A DNA stretch of 64,000 nucleotides from Octopus vulgaris (taxonomy: Eukaryota): NCBI GenBank assembly GCA_951406725.2, contig OX597815.1:82770001-82834000 (forward strand), read 5' to 3'. Below the pieces are notes generated by a model that had not been told where the DNA came from, ran no database searches, and saw only the letters and a program-made list of their open reading frames with translations. Made by a program: the position numbers and the translations under genes. Of this stretch, positions 55,715-64,000 are shown in pieces (the first letter of the stretch is position 1; each line of letters starts with the position of its first letter).

Positions 55715-56054
55715 CGCATACATACACTTATATGTATATACGAATGAATGTGTACGTGTGCATAGATATGAGCGTGTATATGTGTGTGTTTGCGTTTGTG
55801 TGTTTCTGTGTATGCGTGCGTGTGTGTGTATGTAAATAAGAATTATATTTCCAACTGACACGAAAATTAAAACATTAAGCAGAACAAAAATGTATTAAAT
55901 CAAATATCTCATAACACCCAAAATATGTCCGGTTTATAATTCATGTATTTCTCTCATCCTCTCTCCCCACCCTTTCTATCATTACTTTTATTTTTCCCCA
56001 TCCTCGCACACATATACATCCATCCATGCACATATACGTATAGACCCCCCCTCC

Positions 56055-56089
<35 letters not shown>

Positions 56090-56178
56090 TATATATATAT
56101 ATAGGGAGAATTAGAGAGAGAGGGAGAAAGGGAGAAATATAGATAGACAGAACAGACAAAGACTGTGAGTGTATGTGT

Positions 56179-56214
<36 letters not shown>

Positions 56215-56368
56215 GTATTCATTTAATTTGGAAAGAAGGAAAATATACGCAGCTCCAATGGAGAGGTGTAATTATTCAGTATGGCTGTGCTCAAATATTG
56301 CGCTGTTTAGTTATTTGAAGATTTGTGACTCCTCTTTGATCCAGAAACATATCTATTATGAACGAGAG

Positions 56369-56447
<79 letters not shown>

Positions 56448-56863
56448 CAGTGCATGTGTCTATTATATATACATGCACGCTCCTACTCATACACTTACGT
56501 ACATAAACATAATTATCAACTCAAGTTATTATATATAATATTAGGCTTTATTTTACATTATGAGTCTTATTATGATTTAGCCTTTAAAAGGAGGATTGCC
56601 CACTGTTCTTTGCAGGGTCTTCGAGATGAGTGGGAGCAAGAAGAGCAGAGATCTAAACTCAATTACTACTGGGGTGCGTTAAAGTCAAGTACAGTTCACT
56701 GATCAAGCTCTTGCATTTTTTGTCACAATAGGTTTGGATTAAAACAATAGCATAAAGTCACGGCCAGTGGAATTTAACCTGGAATCACGCGAGTTCAAAG
56801 CACATTTGTTAGTCACCTACGAACAACTGGCATGTTTTTGACATCACATGTATGCAAATATAC

Positions 56864-57295
56864 TTTTCTATTCTAGGCACAAGGCCCGAATTTTTGTGGG
56901 GGAGGGGGGGCTAGTCAATTAGATTAACCCCAGTACGCAACTGGTACTTAATTTATTGATCCCGAAAGGATGAAAGGCAAAGGCGGACGCGGCGGAATTT
57001 GAACTCAGAACGTAAACACAGACAAAATACCGCTAAGCATTTCGCCCGGCGTGCTAACGCTTCTTATTTCTTTATTGCCCACAAGAGGCTAAACATAGAA
57101 GGGACAAACAAGGACAGACAAAGGGATTAAGTCGATTACATCGACACCAGTGCGTAACTGATACTTAATTTATCGACCCCGAAAAGATGAAAGACAAAGT
57201 CGAACACGGCGGAATTTGAACTCAGAACGTAACGGCAGACGAAATATCGCTAAGCATTTCGCCCGGCGTGCTAACGTTTCCACCAGCTCGCCGCC
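56864..57295 (-). mobile_element. tRNA-type SINE, family B (internally duplicated)
   Basis: GGCGGCGAGCTGG...GTTAGCACGCCGGGCGAAATGCTTAGCG...GAGTTCAAATTCC; two internal units. Confidence 0.88.
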
Positions 57296-57561
57296 TTTCC
57301 TGCCAGCACGCCACCTTGATGGTCATTACCATTACGACAACGGAGGAGTGGGCGGCAGATGTTGACGATTGATGATGTTAGTAATGATGAAGATGATGAT
57401 CACCATCATGATGAGAATGACGAGGAAGAGGAGAATATCGATGTAAGAAGGCGCAGGATGTTTATCATGGGGATCTTTATAATGATTACGACGACTACGA
57501 TGGTGGTGATCAGTGGTGATTGTCGTGGTGCTGGCGGCGGTAGTGATGGTGTTAGAAGTCT

Positions 57562-57597
<36 letters not shown>

Positions 57598-57849
57598 CGA
57601 TGATGGTGATGACGATGACGACGTTGACGATAATGCTGCTGCTGCTGCTGATGATGATGATGATGTTTATGTTGACGATGACAACGACGACGACGAAGAC
57701 GATAATGATGAAGATGTCGATGATGATGACAACTATCACAGCAACGACGTCTATGAGGACTGACGACAATAACAACAGCATTGCCGTTGAGGCGGCGATG
57801 GTGTTGCTACTTTCAATTTTATTTAACCCCCAGTCTCTGATGAAATTGT

Positions 57850-58143
57850 GGAAGCACGTGGCCTAGTAGTTTGAGCAGCGAACTCGCGGTCGAGGGATCG
57901 CGGGTTCGAATCTCAGACCGGGTGGTGTGTGTGTTTATGAGCGAAACACCTAAGCTCCGGCAGAAGGTAATGGCTAACTTCTGCTGACTCACTCGCTACA
58001 ACTTTCTCTATCTCTTCCCTCCTGCATCTTGCAGTTTACCTGCGACAGATCCGCGTCCCGTCCAGGTGAGGAACCTATACGCCAAGGAAACCGGGAAACC
58101 TGCCCTATGAGCCAGGCGTGGCTCGAGAATGAACGAACAACAA
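57850..58143 (+). mobile_element. tRNA-type SINE with family C head and a different tail
   Basis: A box TGGCCTAGTAG and B box GGTTCGAATC. Shares its 5' part with 24105-24489; ends GAACGAACAACAAC. Confidence 0.8.
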
Positions 58144-58353
58144 CTCCGATGAAATTGATAGATGATCAAAATCTTCCAGTCATATTGTATTCACTCCTAT
58201 ATTCAGACAATATAGTGAACATGTAGTTTTGTTATTTTCTCTCTATTGCTCTTAGTGTGGTTTTAGAGAGAATTTAACTGAAATTTCTTGCTGGTCAAGA
58301 AACTGCATATAAACTCTCGCTGAATTCATTTGTAGTTGTTTACATACATGTAA

Positions 58354-58948
58354 GGCAGCGAGCTGGCAGATTCGTTAGCACGCCAGGCGAAATGCTTAGC
58401 GGTATTTCGTCTGCCGTTACGTTCTGAGTTCAAATTCCGCCGAGGTCGACTTCGCCTTTCATCCTTTCGGGGTCGATAAATTAAGTACCAGTTACGCACT
58501 GGGGTCGATATAATCGACTTAATCCGTTTGTCTGTCCTTGTTTGTCCTCTCTGTGTTTGGCCCCTTGTGGGTAGTAAAGAAATAGGTATTTCGTCTGCCG
58601 TTAAGTTCTGAGTTCAAATTCCGCCGAGGTCGACTTTGCCTTTCATCCTTTCGGGGTCGATTAGATAAGTACCAGGTACGTACTGGGGTCGATATAATCG
58701 ACTTAATGCGTTTGTCTATCCTTGTTTGCCCCCTCTGTGTTTAGCCCCTTGTGGGTAGTAAAGAAATAGAAATAGGTATTTCATCTACCGCTACGTTCTG
58801 AGTTCAAATTCCGCCAAGGTCGACTTTGCCTTTTATCCTTTCGGGGTCGATTAAATAAGTATCAGTTGCGTACTCCGGTCGATTTAATCGGCTGGTCCCC
58901 TCCTCAAAAATTTCGCGCCTTGTGCCTAGAGTAAAAAATAATAATAAT
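58354..58948 (+). mobile_element. tRNA-type SINE, family B, three tandem ~185-bp internal units
   Basis: Unit GGTATTTC..CTGCCGTTACGTTCTGAGTTCAAATTCCGCCGAGGTCGACTTTGCCTTTCATCCTTTCGGGGTCGAT at about 58401, 58585 and 58775. (AAT)n tail. Core resembles the Meta-SINE domain (recalled, unverified). Confidence 0.9.
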
Positions 58949-58987
58949 GCGCACCATACGCGTCACTTCTTTTCTTACTCCCTGCCC

Positions 58988-59021
<34 letters not shown>

Positions 59022-59464
59022 ACACCATCAATAAAAATAACAACAGCAGCAACAACAACAACCACAACAGCAACAGCAACAACATCAGCATCAGCAGTAA
59101 CATCAATATGGTCACTACTTTAAGCAATATTTTTTTCCCTTCCTTATCAATTTTAAATTGCCGAACGATAAAATAAGTAAATAAATAAATCAACCATGAC
59201 AATTGACATAAGATACAATCATTATTATAAATGGGTTTTTTATGCGGTTTTCCATGAGCAGCCCTCGAACGTCTCCTCCCTATTGGGGGTTACACGTTGC
59301 TGATTTCTTTCCTTCTTCCATTTTTCTTTTGAATTTTGTTAGTCTTGCCTACATTTCAAAACTCTCCCAACACACACTCACACACATACTTTCTTTGTTT
59401 TGTCCTGCGTTGTCCATTATATTCTTGTGGTTAATAAAGAAAACCCTTGTGGTTAATAAAGAAA

Positions 59465-59507
<43 letters not shown>

Positions 59508-59538
59508 TTCTACTACTACTATTATTATTATTATTGTA

Positions 59539-59613
<75 letters not shown>

Positions 59614-59707
59614 GTTATTATAATTATTGTTATTATTGTCATTGTTATTATTATTATTATTATTGTTATTGTTATCATTATTATTAATATTATTATTATT
59701 ATTATTA

Positions 59708-59804
<97 letters not shown>

Positions 59805-59842
59805 CATTATTATTATTATCATTATTATTATTATTGTTATTC
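59465..59842. repeat. (ATT)n microsatellite
   Basis: About 380 bp of interrupted ATT repeats. Confidence 0.97.
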
Positions 59843-60192
59843 ATTGCAGTTATATCACCTGACAGCCACCCTGAGTTTCTCTACTTCCTTCGCTGACAGG
59901 CAAAAAATTCTTTAACACAGTACTACCATGCTCTACAGCAGTTTGTTTTCTTTTTTTTTCCCTCCTTTTAAAATTTATAGGTTATAACCGCTCCTTAAAT
60001 CAACTTCTGTGTTATTTCACTTTCGTCACAATAGTTTATAACTTGTGTGGTGGGTTCGTGTTCGAGGGTACATTTTTTTTTCTCCTTTTTGTATACGAGA
60101 GTACATGTGAGAATGCACGACCCTGTGTGCGGTTCAGACTTCCAAATATTTATTGTGAGTGATAGCGTGTAAAAACAGCGAGCATTTTTTTT

Positions 60193-60229
<37 letters not shown>

Positions 60230-60444
60230 ACACAGATATATACGAGGAGTTGAACACAATCACTCACTCAAATACACACATTCACACGGAAACATATATG
60301 CATAAACTGACGTACTTGCGATGCCACACACATACTTTTATATATGTGTGCGTGCGTGTGTGTCTAAATCCAAACACATGAACACATGCGCAAACACAAG
60401 TACGGTCACACATATATTCCTGTACATATGTATGTTTGTACATT

Positions 60445-60709
<265 letters not shown>

Positions 60710-60781
60710 CATATTACTCTACCACTGGTATTTGAGTACTCTTTTTTTCCACCTTGTTTCACATTTATGTGTTTACTCCGG

Positions 60782-60812
<31 letters not shown>

Positions 60813-60825
60813 ATATATATATATT

Positions 60826-60882
<57 letters not shown>

Positions 60883-60939
60883 TTATATATATACATTTAT
60901 ATATATACATATATATATATACTTACACATATATATTTT

Positions 60940-60976
<37 letters not shown>

Positions 60977-61524
60977 TTATATATGAGAAATAAATACTTA
61001 ATCGAGTATATGCACTACGTATCATATCGTGTATATGAATGTGTATGTCTCGGTGTGTATGTTCGTATATTAACAGTAAATACGCATACTTACTTATATA
61101 CAAAAAGTGTTAGTGTATGTGAGAGAGGAGAATTAGCGCCAACCTATAAGTAAATGAGGGGAGAAGAGAAGCAAATGTCTGTATGATGTCACTTCCATCT
61201 CATTTAGCATCACATTAGCCATACCCATTTGAAGGATTGGTTGACCTGGTACCCACACGATCCAGTGCTTTGAATGACTCGAATATGTGCATAAATAATT
61301 AATATGCCGTATGTTATTTGATTAGTGTAGACTGAAGGAGCATCTGTAGAATTTGACAAGCTCTATGCAATTACCCCTCCCCCACATCTGAATATATAAG
61401 TTAAACGGAACAGAGTCAGTTATGTCTGCCAAACCAGAGTGACTCCCACTGTCTGCCTATCTGGAAGGCTGTCTTTTTCTCTTTCTTCTTCACCTATTTT
61501 ACAAGCTTGTGTGTGTGTTTGTAC

Positions 61525-61598
<74 letters not shown>

Positions 61599-61986
61599 AT
61601 CTATTTCTTGGTATATTTGGCTAACTGCCTGTTTGTCTGACTGCCTGACTATCTATCTTTCACCCTCACTCTCTCTCTCTCCTTTTCTCTCTCTCTGTAT
61701 TGTATATATATATATATGTATATATATATACATATACATAGACACATATGCATGTATATATGCATATGTATGAACATAATACAAATACACACGCATACAC
61801 ACATACTTGCATACACACATACACGCACACATTATGAACTACTTCCAAGAGTTGATTTCATTATATTTATCTAAGACTTCGTTGCTTATGCATTGTTTAT
61901 TTACATTTTAATATACACATAGGTATATACGTATACATACATACAAACATAGAAATATATATATATATATATATATATATACCACT

Positions 61987-62137
61987 GGCTTCTTTCAGCT
62001 TCTGTCTACCAAATCCACTCCCAAGGCTTTGGTCAGTCCGAGGCTATAGTAGAAGACACTTGCTGAAGATGCTACACAGTGGGACTGAGCCGGAACCATG
62101 TGGTTGGTAAGCAAGCTTCTTACCACACAGACCACTC
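61987..62137 (-). mobile_element. tRNA-type SINE, family A
   Basis: Homologous to 15471-15640. Confidence 0.82.
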
Positions 62138-62169
62138 ATATATATATTTATATATATATATATATTTCA

Positions 62170-62330
62170 AATGTACAGAAAACAAATAAAAACGAAGACA
62201 GGTGTAAGAACAACAAGCAAGTGTATTAGTTTACTGCTTGGGAAAAATGGGAGTCTTTTACTTTTCGAGCCTACGCTCTTCGACAGATATGATTAGGAGG
62301 AGAAATAAATAGAGTGAGAATGAAAAAACC
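62170..62330 (-). mobile_element. PLE-terminus-like repeat (second copy of 30760-30930)
   Basis: Minus strand CTGTCGAAGAGCGTAGGCTCGAAAAGTAAAAGACT...AAACTAATACA.TTG.TTGTT; abuts (TA)n. Confidence 0.55.
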
Positions 62331-63211
62331 GGAGTTCAACGTTCCAATATGGCGATGTGTCTAGAGAAAGAGGTTAAATGAAAGGGAAATAATTATAATG
62401 ATAATGGTAAAGGTAATGGTGACCCCCAACAAACTAAGGTGCGCAAGCTTGTGTGCATATGTGAGAATGATGTGTGTGAGTGAGTATGTGTTAACGTGGA
62501 GCGAATGAGTCTAACGTGTGTGTTTGTATGCGTATGTGTGTGTGTTGTGTTTAGCAGTTGATGTTTTGTTTCTTCAGGTGGTGTGTGCACATGCGTATGT
62601 GCGTATGTATGTGTGTCTATGAGGAAATAGTGTGCATGTGTATAGTGTATGTTTGTGGACGAAAGTTATCATTGTCTATGCGTGTTGCATGTGTTGATGC
62701 GTGTTGCGTGTATGTGTATATATTGCTTGTGTTTAGGTATTATGTGATTGTATGGGTGTGTGAGTATGGATGATGGTGTATGTTATGTGTACAGAGTTAA
62801 TCAGTGTGTATTTGGTTGCTCGTATAATGGTATGTGTGGTGACGCTATTGAAGATTGTGTGTGAATGTAGGTAATGGTGTGTGATGTGGGTACTGTTCGG
62901 TGTGTTTGGAGTCGGAAATGTTTGTGGGTGTAGGTGTAATGGTATGAGAAGAGAGTGATGAGTTAAACAGTGTGTATGGGTGTTTGTATAGTGGTGTGTG
63001 TGATGGGAGTATCGAGTAGGCAGCATGCAGATGTGTAGATGAAGGGGCAGTTGGATTTGGGAGGTGTGTGGTGTTACTGCCAGATGTAGAGAGATAGGGA
63101 ATTGAGCCCATATAGCACAAGGGAACGAAGAGAGAAGATTAATCCGTGTTCACTGTGGCTTCTGTGCAGAGAGAGTCCGAACACAGTATAAGTAAGTATT
63201 TCACTTATTAT

Positions 63212-63262
<51 letters not shown>

Positions 63263-64000
63263 TATATAGATAGATAGATAGATATATAGATATAGATATA
63301 TATACATATATAAGTATGTATGTATATGTGTGAGTGTGTATGTCACATCTGGCGTTGCTTTGCTTACATCCCCGTAACATTAGCAGTTCGGGTAAACGTA
63401 GAATATCTGCCAGTTTTAAAAATAAATACTGCGGTTGAATTTTTCAACTCGATCCTTCAAACCAGTATCCCGGCATGACTGCATAATAGATATATGGAAG
63501 CTGATTGAGTGTGTGTGTGGTATGTGTGAGTGTGTGCGTATGTGTGCGCACATGCGCACTATACCATACGACAAACTCTATTCTTGATATTGCTGATATG
63601 TTATGATCATACATTCATTGATAATTTTGATATTTAGCGATTTGTAGAAATACTACTATTTAGGTAAAACTAAATAAAATATAAACCACCTGCCCTTGAA
63701 GCATATTTACGTATGACAGGGTTAATGCCATTCGTAAGAGACGTGTGTATATCGACCAGAGAGCATTTGTTTCTTATAGCCCACTAATGACCAATATTTG
63801 GTATCTATTAACTAATTCATTCCGAACTGAGCTGGTGTAACTTACAGATAGAATATGAAATGTTGCGCAGTAGAAATGTGTACATACATAACACTTACAT
63901 ACATAAAACTTCACATATATATGTATATACATACATATCTATACATACACACACGCGTGCACTCACAAACAAACACATACACACATAAATATTAATATAA

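Noticed and set aside
57332-57866. Acidic poly-Asp ORF 57359-57763 and overlapping ORFs
   Set aside because: Degenerate (GAT/GAC)n low-complexity tract open in several frames; no domain or splice support.
58354-58948. Regularly spaced repeats as a CRISPR array or tRNA genes
   Set aside because: Whole ~185-bp units repeat with no unique spacers; eukaryotic SINE with no full cloverleaf.
59242-59896. Poly-Ile/Asn/Leu ORFs
   Set aside because: (ATT)n microsatellite.
63075-63200. Possible coding exon (CAG acceptor, GTAAGT donor)
   Set aside because: All three frames hit stop codons within about 25 nt of the acceptor, and the polypyrimidine tract is poor.

Overview
AT-rich, microsatellite-saturated animal non-coding DNA. 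The SINE and repeat content suggests a coleoid cephalopod, probably Octopus (inference). I found no supportable host protein-coding exon, and most of the supplied ORFs are translations of simple repeats. The window is a mosaic of decayed mobile elements: a near-complete mariner, a long-TIR mariner derivative, a DD37D-type remnant, a split Chapaev3-type transposon, three R4/Dong-type RLE retrotransposon fragments, two RTE fragments, an L1/Tx1 fragment, Penelope-like (PLE) remnants, two mini-Helitrons and many tRNA-type SINEs. The main unannotated signal is a dense set of type I hammerhead ribozyme (HHR) motifs with tiny palindromic stem III, nearly all next to (TA)n tracts. One is canonical (6241-6333), several are variants and several are decayed. 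Two sit in near-perfect 'tail-out' palindromes anchored in (TA)n at both ends (11400-12130 and 60545-60709). A 1.25-kb HHR-containing cassette that begins and ends in (TA)n has inserted into a Chapaev3 ORF with a 7-bp duplication, at a site that had no microsatellite. This suggests these retroelements may seed (TA)n as well as target it. All structures were derived by eye; no folding or database search was run.
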